DNA of 64,000 bases, filler included, from Jimgerdemannia flammicorona (GCA_003990765.1; 3 parts of 3 records of this genome joined end to end with filler, not necessarily neighbours in it), one strand, 5' to 3'. Shown: positions 1-13,915, counted from the first letter of the whole stretch. The notes: a model not told the origin generated them from the sequence alone. A program made the numbers and translations.

Positions 1-1790
1 CACTTTGTCAAACACTATCCCCACCCTCCCACCACTCTGCTCACAGATCTTTATCACCAAACCATGACGTCATCCCCCCTGAGGACCCCAACCCACCCAC
101 TATCCTGTCAGCAGATCCCCCACCAGTTCCTCCCACCTTAACACCCTCTCATGCTATCCAACATTGTAGTATCAGCCCCAACACTCACTGACTCATTCCA
201 TCCCTCCTCTGGGACATCCACCAATTCCTCTTCCCCAGTCACCTCTACCAATCCCCCCTTCTCTACATTTGGGACTCCAAAGCGCACCTGCTGAGTACCA
301 CGCATCGGCACATCCTCCATCACTCTACCTTTTACCACTGGACCCCTTCTGATAAGGGGAGAGGGAGAAGGCAAACCCTCCCAGGTTTCCTCCCAAATCT
401 CCAGTATGCCATCTTCATAAGGATTCTTGCTTGGCATCTTCATGGCCTCCACCTGCCCCCCCTCTTCATTCTGTCCACTACTAGCAGTCCAGACACTCAC
501 CTCGGCACCTCCAGCAGTTGCACCATCACTTGTCTTCCTTGTTGCCTTCACCCCCATTTTCACCAACAATTCCCTCTGCCTTCTGCACCCTTGGGACCTC
601 TCCCACACCTCCTTATTGATACAGACCTGCTTTCCTCCAACCACCTCAAGATGCATCACCACCTCGAATGCCTTCCATGCTTTCACTCTCCTCTCAACTG
701 CCCCACTCAACTCCTCCAGTGCTTCTAGCAAATCCTCCTCCTCCTTCTCGCTCCCCTTTACTCTCATCACCTTATACAAGATAGCCCCCTACACCATCAC
801 TGAGGGCCAGTCCCGAGCCTTCCCAGTAGCCTCCCACCCAGCCAGCCGAATCCTGACATCAACATCCCCCATCTGGAGGGAGGTTCCTTCCCATACTCTG
901 AACCCAATATCGACTACCTCTCTATACTCTGCCATAATCTCCTTGACCCTCTTCCTCATCTCTACAGCAGTAACAGTGGGAACTCCTTTTACTAGAAGTT
1001 GTACTACTCTTGGGTCCCACCACAGACATCTCACCATTGGTATGTATATCTTACTCACTTTCATCCCAGCCTTCAAAGCCACCTCCAGTGGCCCAGCCTC
1101 CTCAAATCCCACCTCCACCCCTTCTAGGCCCTTCAGGAACTTAACCGATGCTACCCCACTCATCTGCTTTGCAATCAGCCCCAGAACCATTTTTGCCATC
1201 ACCGCCAAGCCCTAGAAATATATCATAACTGCAAATTCTGAGATTGACTTCTTGAGTAATGGAGCCACTGCCAGTCCCATTACACCATCTGCCAGGTCTC
1301 CAGGCCTTGTGCCCTTCCCACAGCTCAGCTCACCATTAGCAGTCCCATCTAGATTTTTTTCCAGATTGTCCATCACACCCCCATCAGCAGTCCTTGCCTC
1401 AGCTACTACCCCCCCAACTCCACCCCTATGGTCCTCCAGAGAGGTACCCCCAAGAGGTTGCTGCCTGGTAGCCCTCACTGGCGCCTTCTCCCCCCTCAGC
1501 CAACTCTCCAATCCAGCTCTCTGTTGACCCCCCTTCACCTTCTCTGCAAAGCTCACTCTGCCAGACCCTTGACCTCCAGCTCTGCCCCCTCCTCCACCAC
1601 ATCCTCCCGCCAGCAGGCCCCTCATGCTTTCCCCGAAGCCAGGGCCTCTCCCCACTTGCTGCCATTCGAATGCTCCAGGGCCACCCTGCCTAGTACACAC
1701 CTCAGGATGCTCATTGGTCACCATGATACTAGTAGCTTGTCTCCAGAAACTGTGTTGAAAGTGTTGCCCAAAGATTGTGTAACCTGAATG
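1..1790 (-). mobile_element. Internally deleted L1/Tx1-type LINE (5' end and ORF1 fused to the 3' end of ORF2), inserted in a gypsy integrase
   Basis: Minus-strand ORFs 1212-1724, 789-1208 and 138-779 match ORF1 of the copy at 31785-37627. The 5' end CATTCAGGTTACAC is at 1790. Bases 1-136 match the LINE 3' region (cf. 42660-42790). Confidence 0.85.
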
Positions 1791-2545
1791 TTATCAGAGA
1801 AAGATGAAAACAAATACATCCTTGTATTTGTGGAATATCTGACCAAGTGGCCTGAGGCTTTCCCAATAGAAATCACAGATGCCTTAACCATTGTAGACCT
1901 CCTCCATAGACTCACACTCAGATATGGACCCCCAGAAGCACTTATCTCTGACTGGGGCATGGAATTCATCAACAACATAATCACAAGTTATGCCTGAATT
2001 CACAAGATCTACCTCAAAAGGACCACATCATACTACTCTCAGATCAATGGCATGACAGAGAGAATGAACCAGACTATCAAGAAAGGACTTGCCCAAGTCA
2101 ATCCTACTAATTGGGACCTCTGCTTACCTGAGATCCTATGGGAAATTTGAAACACCCCTGCCACCTCCACCAAACAAAAGCCATTGAAAATGATGTTTGC
2201 CAAGAGAACCAGAACTGCTGACTATGAGAATCTTGGAGATCTCCTCAAGAAGGCAGAACAGCTACATAATCAAGCCCAAGGACAGATTATCAAAGCCCAG
2301 GAAAGACAAAAGAAGTACTATAACCAAAAACAGAAGGATCAGGAGATCAAGATTGGAGATCAAGTCCTAGTTTGGAGAAGCATAATTGAGACAAACTTTG
2401 CTGCCAAACTAGAACCGAAATGGGAAGAACCTTATCTTGTACACAACATCAGAGGAACCAGTATCTATTTAAGAAGCATGGATAGATGAACCCTGAGAAC
2501 ATCAGTATATATCAATCACCTCAAACTATATTTCCCTTCTACACC

Positions 2546-3061
2546 ATGAGCCAAAGGATTGATCAGTGCCTCCAGATATTGGTCCTCAGCTCCTTCCAAG
2601 CCCTACCAGTCCCTCTACCCCAATTTGGCCAAGCCAATGGAAGCCCCCTTCAAAGGATCCAAGCTCATCAAGAAAATCTCACTCTGGCCAGATGCCTACT
2701 AAAAGTCTACCAACTGCAGGCCTATTATGCAATTAGTGAACAATTGCAGAACCTTTCAGTCCCAGAACAGACCTACATCAGGAATACTACAGGTCTGACC
2801 AGAAGAGACACTACTGCCGCAGACAGACTATATACTATTTACAAATGAAATATCACAGCCCTGACACAGGCACAATTCTCCCTGAACAATATTCAAGGAA
2901 TGAACCCTGTTACTTATTTGAGCATCATCAACTCTGTCGAAATCCTATTCCCAGAAGAAGAAGAAGAGCCCATAGAATGGCATGACCCCAGTACAGACAA
3001 TGAAGATGATGGAACAGGTATAGATGCAGAAGCCACCTATACTTATTGGGATGATGACTGA
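2546..3061 (+). pseudogene. Accessory ORF3 of gypsy family A, ~171 codons with an acidic tail
   Basis: ATG at 2546 overlaps the pol stop (ATGA). One internal TGA at 2846 (probable CGA>TGA). Reads MSQRIDQCLQIL...YTYWDDD*. A homologous decayed ORF lies at 7973-8450. Confidence 0.75.
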
Positions 3062-3100
3062 AGAATAGTCTGGGACAGACTATCCTTCAGTGGGGGCTGA

Positions 3101-4546
3101 TGTGATAAACCAAAACGTACCATCTGAATTATATCTTAACCAGATGATATGAACAATTAGCAAGATGACATGAACACAAAGCATAGTAACCAGCAACCAT
3201 TGCTGCAGAAAACTGTATAAATAGCCAGACATACCAGAAAGGGTCTGTTTACCTATACAGACTCTGTACACTGTACAGGTCCTGTACACCATACAGACTC
3301 TGTACACCTGCCATAAGTAGCAGATCTATAGTTAGCCACATAGCAATCAGATAGCAACCACAATGTATAAATTACCCCAGAGACAAGAGTGAATAAACCT
3401 CAGTCCGAAATTCAGAACACATTTCAACTCCAGTTTGCTTTCCGATACAATGAAGAGTCCGAAATTGAATCCAAAAGCAAAAGACAAGTCTGCCTACCAC
3501 ACTTCAAGAGGAACTCTATAGCCACTGTTAGGAGATTGTAGGCATTGGTTCCCTTTTCCCACTCTGGTCCACTTTCTGATACAAAGAACAAGTTCATTTT
3601 TGGTTTGCTTACCAGATAAGCCTGAAGATTTGCTGCCTAAGTTCAAGGAGAACTTCACCGCCTTTTGAGTAACCCGCTGCTTAAGGAATAAGCTGCCATT
3701 TCCAAGTTATTCTCTGCTTTCCCAAGAAAGCTGCCTTGCTCAAGCCAGTTTCTGACACAACTTTGCAGTGGAGCCAGTCTATGATGTAACTCTGTGCAAA
3801 CGAAGCCAGTCTTTGATGTAAATTTGCCGAGAGACCCTTTTCCAAAGAATACTGCCAGTTGTTCATATTCCCAGAAGAGCCCGATCTAGAAGAACCTGCA
3901 CTATCCAAGTTAATTTTCAGTTAAAGTCGCCATTTTTGAGAAGCTTGCCGATTCAGGAGAATCTGCATCATCTGCTGTTTTTAAGTTATCTGCATTCCCA
4001 GATGACCTGTGCCATCTAAGTAGTATTCCCAGTTGAAGCTGAACCTATGACATCTGAGTTATTCATTGTTCCCAGTAAACCCGTTACAGAAGAATCCATG
4101 CCATATAATTCCCAGTGAGCCAGATCGAGTTATCTACCAAATTATCAAAACATTCATATAAGGAACCTGCCACACTATACAGAGATTATTACACAGAAAT
4201 CATCACACTACACAGAGATCATCATACCACAACTGTCACTCAGAAATTGCACACTTTTGGAAACCACTCACACTATATACAAATTCTGCCATTCCCAGTT
4301 AACCCAAAAAGGAAACCCATTCACATATACACAAATTGCTGCTACACCCAGAGAACCATTCCAATTAGGAAATCGACATACAAATTGCTCACAGATATCC
4401 AGTTTTGACTATTATACTGCTAAATACCAAGGATCTCAGAAATCTTAGAACATTTTATTGCTTTTTGACAAAGTAACTGAGGGCTCAAACTAAACTACAT
4501 CAACCTCCAACCTTGTAATTTGTCTCCATTGAGCTGGCATGTTACA
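3101..4546 (+). repeat. LTR, gypsy family A
   Basis: TGT...ACA termini; similar to 59188-60605, 26367-27613 and 8487-9163; AATAAA near 3391; followed by ATAT. Confidence 0.9.
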
Positions 4547-4550
4547 ATAT

Positions 4551-6500
4551 ATATATGCCAGCAATCTTTTCACTGAGCTGCTTCTTATTATACATTTGAG
4601 ACTCATCTTACTGACATATCCTAAGTATTGATACTATATGTTGAATATGTTAGATATAGTTGTCATATACATAAAGGCTTTTATGCCATTCAGCATTCCA
4701 TTAATCATATAAAGATTTCTATATTTCAAAGCTATCATTAGCTTATTATTATATAAATCATATATGGTGGTATCTTTCACATATATGTGGATCTCTTTAT
4801 TACTGTAGGATATCATTTTTTCTATGGAGAAGAGGTTCTTTCCTATCTTCAGAGTATATAATATATTCCCAAGAGTAGTAGTATGCTTGACAATATTTTT
4901 ATAGAGATATATTTCTACATTTTCCTTTCCTTGAGTATAGATGATGTTATTATCTTCTAACTTAATAGGTATAGGGTGTTTAAAGGACTCATAGATAGAG
5001 AACTATTTCCTGTATAGTATTATATATTGTGTGGCTCCAGAGTCTATTAGCCAGACATTATTATCATTAGCTATATTAGCAGTACATTTGTTATTATCAC
5101 TTTTTATTAGTCTAAAAGTATTTTACTGACTGGGATTCATAGATAATAGGTTGGTAGATTTGATAGTAGATCTTATACTAGCAGAACTAACTCTGGCAGA
5201 ATTAGTAGTAGATTTGGCAGTAGATCTTTTTGGTCCAAAATCATCATCCTTCTGACCAGGTTTTATAGATGTAGTGGATTTCATACTAGCAGAACTGATG
5301 TTGGCAGTAGAACTAGTGGCTTGCACAAAAAATAGATTACCACTTTCATTAGTTTCAGCAGTGTTTACATTATTATACTTTTCTTGATAGTTCTTTCTAC
5401 TACTCCCATGTTGCTAGCATTGACTCTTTTTATATTGTTGCTTATTTTTACTGCTCTCTTTATCATTTTCCCAACTATAGTAATGCTGCTTTCTATATCT
5501 ATACTTGCTATAGTATTCATAGTATCCATTATACTTAGTTGATTGGTTGGACTAGTTATCACATTATTGAGCTTAAGTTTGGATTCATTGGCCTTATTAA
5601 CTGCACATTTGACCTCATTTGCCACTATATCTACAGAACCTGTAGAAGGTGTTTTTATCATCATTGACACTATTTTCTTGATGCATTTTCTTGTTCATGA
5701 GACTCATTATCACATAGGTATAATCTGAGAGATTATTGCTCTCATACATAGCTATAATGATAATATTATATATATTTAAAAATCCTCTTATAAGTACTAT
5801 AACCTTATCTTTATTATCAATACAATCTACAGATATACTGAGAGAATTCACTTAATTCACTAGATTATTTATATAATTGGCATAATTACAGATATACTCC
5901 TTGGGCTTTATGTATATATTAAATAGTTGAGATTTCAGATAGAATCAATTAGATATAGATGCTTGTATATAATGAGTATATAGAATCTCTTATATATCAT
6001 AAGCTATTATAGCATACATTATAAGTTTCATTTGTGAGTTTGACAATGTGAATATGATCTTATATAATACTCAGTGATTGTTTGCAGAGTCATAATCTTA
6101 AATTAGTATTTGTGGCTTTATGTGCTCTATCAAGCTATATATATTAAGAAGAATCATCATATGAAATGCCCAAATAATATAGTCTTTCTAATCAAAGATT
6201 GGAATGGACCTCTTGGCTATATTTATACTAACAACCAGAACTGTATTTCTCATACTTATTGAGATTACACCCATGATTAGCAGAATACTCATGATTGGCA
6301 TATCTATTTCCATAATTATATTGCTAGGCTGGTTATCTGATATTTCTAGCATATATGTAGCATATTTAAAGAGGTATTTTTACTATAACTACTTAGCATT
6401 AGTAGGGCTCATAATCTTTGTTGTAAAGAGAGGCAATTTTATTAAAGTTGTATAGATCATATATTTCTTGCATTACTAATGAATGATATAAATCTGATAA
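4551..6500 (-). mobile_element. Degenerate Ty1/copia remnant (gag and protease)
   Basis: Minus strand near 5050-4870 reads WLIDSGATQY...IKLEDNNIIYTQGKGNV...LGNILYTLKIGKNLFSI, the copia protease pattern. A gag-like region lies at 5600-6200. Many stops. Confidence 0.75.
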
Positions 6501-6509
6501 AATAACATA

Positions 6510-9163
6510 AGGTCATATACTAGTATATCAAGTTGTCATTCTAATATATGGAAATTATTTTTATTATATATAGATATTTTTAAAGATAATCTCAGAGTAG
6601 TTCTAGTTCAAGAAGGATCTGATCAATAATACTATATAATAGCTTATATATATAAGCTGAGTTATTAATATATAGTAAGTCAATTATAGTAGTATTAAAT
6701 TAGAATATCTTATAGTTATATAGATATTTACTTTATTCAAATATTATCTTATTAAAAAAAATTCACTCTGATAACTAATTATATTACTCTCAAGTAGTTA
6801 TTTTACTATAAGACTCTACTAGAATTCTTGTTTACTAGATTTTAATTCTGTAAAACTACAAAATTAATTACTATTATTTATAAAGCAGAAAAGGTCTATA
6901 ATAATATTGATATACTTTTATATATAATCTAATAAATCAGAAAAAGAATATATCTAGAAACTATATTCTAAAGAAAGTTCTTATCAAATAAGAGTACTAA
7001 AAGATCTATTAAGAATAGATATATATAGAAGAAAAGTTACAAAAAATATATCACTACTGATTCTATCTTAGAATATAAGTTAAAGATATTTTGAAGAGAT
7101 ATAATATCTGTCAGAAGTATTAAAGAAAGAAGAATTATCAAGTACTATTATAACAAATCTCACTATCTATTTATATGTATCTTTCAAGGATAGAGAGTAG
7201 ATGTTATTAGACTCTTATCAGTTATATTAAGATAAAATAAATATATTCTAATATTTATAAAATATCTAACCAAATGATCTGAGGCTTTTTAATAAAAATT
7301 GAAGATATCTTAGCTAATATTGGTTTTCTCTATAGTCTCTCTTTAGATATAGACTTCCTAAAAAACTTATTTCAGATTATAAAACAGAATTTATTTATAA
7401 GTTAGTTATAACTTATATATAAATTAATAAGATTTACCTAAAAAGAACTATATTTATCACCTCTGAACTAATAAAATAATAGAATAAATAAACCAAACTA
7501 TAAAGAAAGAACTTATTCAAGTTAATTCTACTAACTATAATCCCTACTTATTTGAGATTCTATGAGAAATTCAAAACACTCATACTATCTCTATTAAATA
7601 AAAGTTATTCAAAATGATGTTTACTAAGAAAACCAGAACTACTAATTATGAGAACCTCAGAGAACTTTTTGATAAAATAGAATAATTATAAAATTAGACC
7701 TGAGTTCAGATAATCAAGATTTAAAAAAAGTAGAAGAAGTACTCTAATAAAAAATAAAAAAGTTAGAAGATTAAGATTAGAGATCAAGTTTTTATTTTCA
7801 GAAGTATAATTGAAATCAATTTTACTACCAAAATAGAACTAAATGAGAAGAACCTTATCTTATATATAATATCAGAGAAATAATTATCTATATATATAAG
7901 AAGTATGAATAAATATATCTTAAAAATCTTAGTATATATCAATTGTCTCAAAATATATCTATTACTTATATAATAATCTAGAGGATTATTGACTAGTGTC
8001 TTCAGATTCTTATTCTTAACTCTCTCTAAACTTTACTAATTCCTCTATTTATATTTTATAAAATCAATAGAAGCTGTTTTCAGCAGATTTAAATTTATTA
8101 AGAGAATCTCATCTTAGTCAACTATAGGCCTATTATACTATTGGTAAACAACTATAAGACCTCTCAGTCTTAGAGCAGACTTATATCAGAAATATCACTG
8201 ATCTATTTTACTTTTATAGACAGATTTTATATAATATATAAGTGAAATATTATAGTACTGATATAAACTTAGTTGTCTTTAATAATATATAAAGAATAAA
8301 CCTGATAACCTATAAAGTATTATTAGTTATATTGAAGTTTATTCTTTGAAAAGAAGAGAAATCTATAGAATAGAATAATTTAGATATAGAGGAAGTTAAT
8401 AGTATAGATATAAATATAAAAGATACCTATAAATATTGATATAATAATTAAAGAATAGTCTGAAATAAACTATTCTTTAGTGGAGATATGATAAATAAGT
8501 ACTATATTATAGTTAGATAATATATGTATATACATATAAAGAATATTTAGTATAGTTACTTTATATAATTATATATTTATACAAATATATCAAATTCGGA
8601 CATATGGTTTACTAAAGAAATACTCATTCTCTAAAGAAATAAGAGGTCACATCTTCTTTACTATATATTATATAATTATCCAGATAGTAATCAGATAGTA
8701 ATTATACTTATATATGTATATAAAATATCTTAGAGATTTAAGTAAATTAACCTCACTCTGAAATTTAAGTTAAAAGCTAAAGATATATATATCTATTGAA
8801 GTCACTTAATCTAGAAAAGATATCAATACTTAGAAGAAATATCTATTCTAAAATTACTATTAAGAAGATTGTAAGCTTAAATATCTTATTTAACTCTAGT
8901 CTACTTTTTAATATAAAGAAGATTTGCTACCAAGTTTGAGTAAAGAACTTTACTAAAGAAAAATATCAATTGGTCTACTTACTAGACTAAGTCTGAAGAT
9001 TCATTATAAAGTTCTAAAAAAGAACTTTGCTATCCTAGAGATATTCTAACCAAGATAAACTATTGGATATTTTATTACTTTTTAACAAAGTAACTAAGAG
9101 CTCAAGCCAATTTGCATAGCTGTTCTATCTTGTAATTTATCTCTATTGAGTCAGTATGTTACA
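6510..9163 (+). mobile_element. Heavily C>T/G>A-mutated second copy of gypsy family A (pol 3' part, ORF3, 3' LTR 8487-9163)
   Basis: Colinear with 1791-4546 (e.g. 7230-7620 vs 1800-2200), same PPT/LTR junction at 8479-8493, ends TGTTACA followed by ATAT. Confidence 0.85.
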
Positions 9164-11664
9164 ATATATATATTCTCACTATTTATATATAAAGTATTAT
9201 AGCAATTATACTATATATAATATTTATATTAAAATAAGAATTAATAAAAATAAGATATAATTATTATAACTTAAGTTCTTCTTAACTATTTCTGCAATAT
9301 TAACTATCTTATAATTAGCCTCTTTATTGATATTTTTATTTATATACTAAAAATCAACCATTTATATTAGATCTATACCACATGAGTAAAACCCATCTTT
9401 ACTTCTATAAAATCTTAACACTTTTCCATATCTCTCTATTACACTCACTCAGTCATTTCTTATACTTAAACTTGGGGATAGTGAGCCTTCCTTGAGGTAC
9501 TTTTACTTCTGCTCAAATCCTTTTAGTCTGAAATTACTTATGGTCTGTTTGTGCTACTTGATTAGGAAGTAGGAGGTGGAGAGCTTGACATATAGAGACA
9601 CGAGCTTATCAGAGTTCATTAAAACCAACTATTGACTGTGAACTCTATATTAGATGGCATGATGTTATTCGACGAGGCAGGGGGTAATACCCTTTTAGTC
9701 ATCGTTCTCCATTACACCCTGTGGAATACGAATGGGGGTTAGATATGCATGGTCCAGAGCTCAGGGAGGCTGTGTTCGTACAGTGATGGAAAAAGGTTTA
9801 TCTAGATCTGGTTTGGTTGCTTTGTCTGACCATTTGGGCTGCGTGACAATGCATATTCCCAAGCAACGGGTCATCCTAATTTGTCGGATTAGTAGTAGTG
9901 TGACAAATTGGACATGAGCTTGTAGCGTGAATGGGGTATGTTTCGGGCGTTTCAGGCTCTACAAGTGAAACAGCGCTAGAAGAGAGGGAATACACGGAGG
10001 AGGACGCTTGGACCTGTAGGAATAGCAATCCTTAAGTATTTGTTAGCTGATAGGTTGAAATCCAGTATAAATAGTGCGTCCCAGCAACCGTAATAAAATC
10101 AGTCTTGAAATTTGGAAGAGCGCGTATTCTACGAGGATTGGATATCCAAGGGATTCACACTCAGGTTTTCGCTTCTCCCGGTGCTCCAATGATGTTAAAC
10201 CATTAGCAAACTCGTCTATATAGACCTAACAATTTCTCTCTATAAACCGCCCCTTTTTCTTATGGTCAATTTCCCCTGTGGAACTATCAAATCCCTGTCA
10301 AACTAAGCCACCACGTCACAGTGTCAGCAAGCCGCATTTAGAATCAGACCATTCTAGGTTATTCCAATTTACATGGACCCAGGTCTCCGGTTTTTTATGC
10401 ATCCTGCTTAAAAGGTTTAGGCCGATGACACCAAATGACGCCAACCTCCAATAACTCTATTGGAGTGCCACACAGTCTGAATCAAGTGTATTTTAAGAGC
10501 TATAGCTTCCAAACTGTGGCATATCGTCTGTCATGCTTAGTCCCACGCACATAAAAACACATTTCTTCATTTTTCTATGTCATTCTCGCATCGTTTGAAA
10601 TATAACAATTTGGTCATGTTTACCTATTCATGTGGAATGAGTGTTTAAAAGGATGTTAATGTAATTTGAGCACACGGTTAAACGTATGTCCTTCGACACA
10701 CACAAAATATGTCCAAATTGGTTATTGTGTACTTGATACATGAGATAAATCTTATTAAAGAACTTAAAAAAGTCTTGATAATTAAAATATTATTATAATA
10801 TATAATCAAGCCGTCTATAAATATAATGTTCTATAATATTAACTCATATATTTATAACAAGGAGATCGTAGTAGAAATATTTTTAATAAAGAATCAGCAA
10901 TTTCTTCGTAACTCCATGGTGGCGGATTTTTCCCACGCTTCGAAACTGAGCCTCTGCGTATCGACCGATATCATTCAGGAGGTTATCATTGATAACATGA
11001 GACACCGGGAAAAATAAAAATAAAAATTAAAAATTTACATATTTTGAGCCTCTCGGTTTACGACTCCGACTTCATGTGACAGCTTGACATTACATACCCA
11101 CAAGTCAGCTCAAAAATATGCTCAATAACTTCAGGAACGATGGTTATTTAGCAGTTTGTTGCAAACTCTTCGAAAAGATTTCGAATCTGCTCCTCGGTAA
11201 GGTTGATAGCATCGAAGTTCTCTGTGGCGTTGAAAGGTGACGGATACGGATTTGTCTGGTTAAGTTGGAGAATAGCCAACGTTCCAATAGAGACAATGGA
11301 ATGAATTACAGTCTTCCCTTTATCGTTTCTGATGACACAAATTGTACTGAGGGCCGAGGAGCAAGCTGCGGATTCTTCATCGGCATGGAGTTTGTAGAAC
11401 TCATCTATGTCGAGAACAACCGTTCTTACGCATCTCTCGTAAGTGATGTCGCATCACAAAATCCTGGTACTTTACATTGAGTACCTGTGCTGTACATTTA
11501 AGTACATTGTACACCAAGTACGTCATATAATTATGTGACATGGTTTTATGATGCGAAGGGGGGAGACGAGACACCCCTCCGAGACTTGCCCCGAAAGTAT
11601 GGCACGCTCTCAGGGTCGGAACTTCAAATTGTGAATCGACAAGATTGGATTGACATTCGAAAAA

Positions 11665-11730
11665 TTGGATCAACGACCAAAAATTGGATCGACGACCAAA
11701 AATTGTATCGATGACAAAAATTGGATCGAG
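11665..11730 (+). repeat. ~20-bp tandem repeat AAAAATTGGATCGACGACC (about 4 units); inverted related units at 12500-12560
   Basis: Direct reading of the sequence. Confidence 0.7.
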
Positions 11731-11894
11731 ACTTTAAGTTACAGCCTGAGTTCTTCTATAAGCCATCGCTAACATAAGAATTTGTGAGGAATACATCTGT
11801 ATTCTAAACTGCACCTGCTACAACAAAACGTGGAAATTACTCTGTCAACCTTTCCCTATGTCTCCTTCCCTCTCAAGGTTCTGTTTACTGCAAT

Positions 11895-12275
11895 TTCTCT
11901 CCACCGGCAAGTTTCTGTTTGCTGAGGTTTCCCTCCACTGCCAAGTTTCCGTTCTCTCCACCACCAAGTCTAAGTTTCCGTCCCGAGTTTCGGTTCCCTC
12001 CACTGCCAAGTTTCCATTTTCTCCCCACCGAGTTGCCGTTCCCTTCACTGCCAAGTTTCCGTTTCCTCCCCCTACCAAGTTTCGTTCCATCCACACAACC
12101 AAGTTTCAATTCCCTCCACCGCCAGGTTTCCGTTCCCTTCCACCGCCAAGTTTCCGTTCCCTCCATCGCCAGGTTTCCGTTTCCACCATCGCCAAGTTTC
12201 CACTTGCTGCAATTTCCGTCTGCCGCCAATTTTCCATTTGCTGAGATTTCCCCCCACCGTCAAGCTTCCGTTTGC
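11895..12275 (+). repeat. Degenerate ~23-bp minisatellite, consensus GCCAAGTTTCCGTTCCCTCCACC
   Basis: More than ten imperfect head-to-tail units. They explain the repetitive ORFs in all frames. Confidence 0.9.
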
Positions 12276-13915
12276 TGATAAATTTAAGTGAACGTGATTT
12301 ATTTGGGTGCACAGGAGGCAATCAGTGATGGGTCAGTTGTGTAAGCATGCAATAAAAGTAGCGCCAGGCAGGTAGAGGAACAGAATATATAGGGAGGCAG
12401 GCGGGAGCGCAAAATAAATGTAGAGAGTGAGGCATGAAGTAAACGAACTTGGCAAAAAGGGCAAGAGCAGCCACATAATTAAAAAATATCCAAGTTTTGC
12501 TATCGATCCAATTTTTGATTGTCGATCGTCGATCCGATTTCCAATCTTATCGATCCACGATTTAAAATTTTGATCGTGATAGCGCGCCATACGAAAGAGC
12601 GCCAAAAATATTTCAGGTGTTATAAATACCCCAGCATCTGGAGTGAATAAAGCCTCAGACTACATCCCTTTGAACAAGACAACGTCTGTGCACGGTTCGC
12701 CAGAGTTTGAGTTAGAGCGATAATATCTAAGAGTGGTTCTCTTGTTACCGGATTTTCGACTGAAATAGTATCGAGGTATCCGGCCTCATCTTGCTACCAC
12801 CCAACGGCGCCATATCTGACTCCATCGATGCGGCGAGGCCACGGCAAACAGTTGCCTAGTATCCGACGGAGAAGGGGCGCGAAACTCGTTGGCGATACCA
12901 TAATAGGATTTCTGAATAATGGCAATGTGCACATATCCTTTCTTACAGTAAACGATAAATAAGCTCCCCATTCGCTGGCAATGTAAGCATCTTCATGTGA
13001 AACATCCTTTGCATCTTGCATATCAATCTAGCACATGGCACCCGACTTGAGGTGCATCCAGGCATTGGCTTCCCAGATCGGGTATCTGGTTCGAGTTGTC
13101 AACGTGTCGTCCGATTTTTACGTTCTTTAACTCGTTGACAGGGCAAATCAATCAAGCTAAAAGAATGTGAATGTGGTACGACGCGTTGCCGAGTTATGAT
13201 GTAAAACCTCTAAAAGATGAACACTTTCGAACCATCACTTGACGGATCGATCCGAATGACAATCAGAACACTAACTTCTGTAATCGCTTATGGGGGGAAA
13301 AGAAATTACATGCGGGGTTCCCAAAGCTTAGGTGCCCCGGTGTCAAGTATTTATTACTCCTTGGGCTGTCCCAAGTTGCTATATATACCTGTTTTGGGGC
13401 TGAAATGCATGAACTAAATTTAGCATGCATGTAAGTATATGAGGTAGGCTGAAATTGCCAGAAACACGTTTCGAATGATGCACATAGCACTTTTTCGGTT
13501 TTTGAGTTGGACCATTCTATTAGGCTTTATGCGAGCAAACGTTAGAGCATATGCACGTTAAATAGAATGGCACTCTACACACTCACACTAATACTCACCG
13601 AAAACAAAGAAAAGAGTAAGGAAATAATTTTGTGAATGATAAGAACAGTAGAACGTCTCCAAAATAATGAAAGCCGTTATCAATCGCACGGGGGCGGATC
13701 AACATGACTTTAAACAGTATAATTAATATAATTACATATAATTATGGAAGTTGGGGAATTTTCTCATGCCTGATTGCCGTAAAGAATTGAAATCTCATGG
13801 TTACGGCGCCTCTGTACGACATTGTTTTTAGAAAAAAAAATTCTATTAAGTTAATAAATAACGTCAATGTCAGGAAAGACGGTGTCCTCATGTATATACG
13901 GCGATCACGTCCCAA

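Larger units (their letters stand above)
1791..4546 (+). mobile_element. Ty3/gypsy LTR retrotransposon 3' part (family A): integrase, extra ORF, PPT and 3' LTR
   Basis: Integrase motifs KYILVFVEYLTKWPEAFP, LISDxGxEF, NGMTERMNQT and KLEPKWEEPY (GPY/F). Purine tract AGTGGGGG precedes TGTGATA at 3101, and the LTR ends TGTTACA at 4546. Confidence 0.9.

Noticed and set aside
2546..3061. Retroviral env gene
   Set aside because: Short, with no evident signal peptide, furin site or TM anchor; kept only as an accessory ORF.
11895..12275. CRISPR-like array or repetitive protein ORFs
   Set aside because: Units are head-to-tail and degenerate with no unique spacers, the context is eukaryotic, and ORFs occur in all frames.
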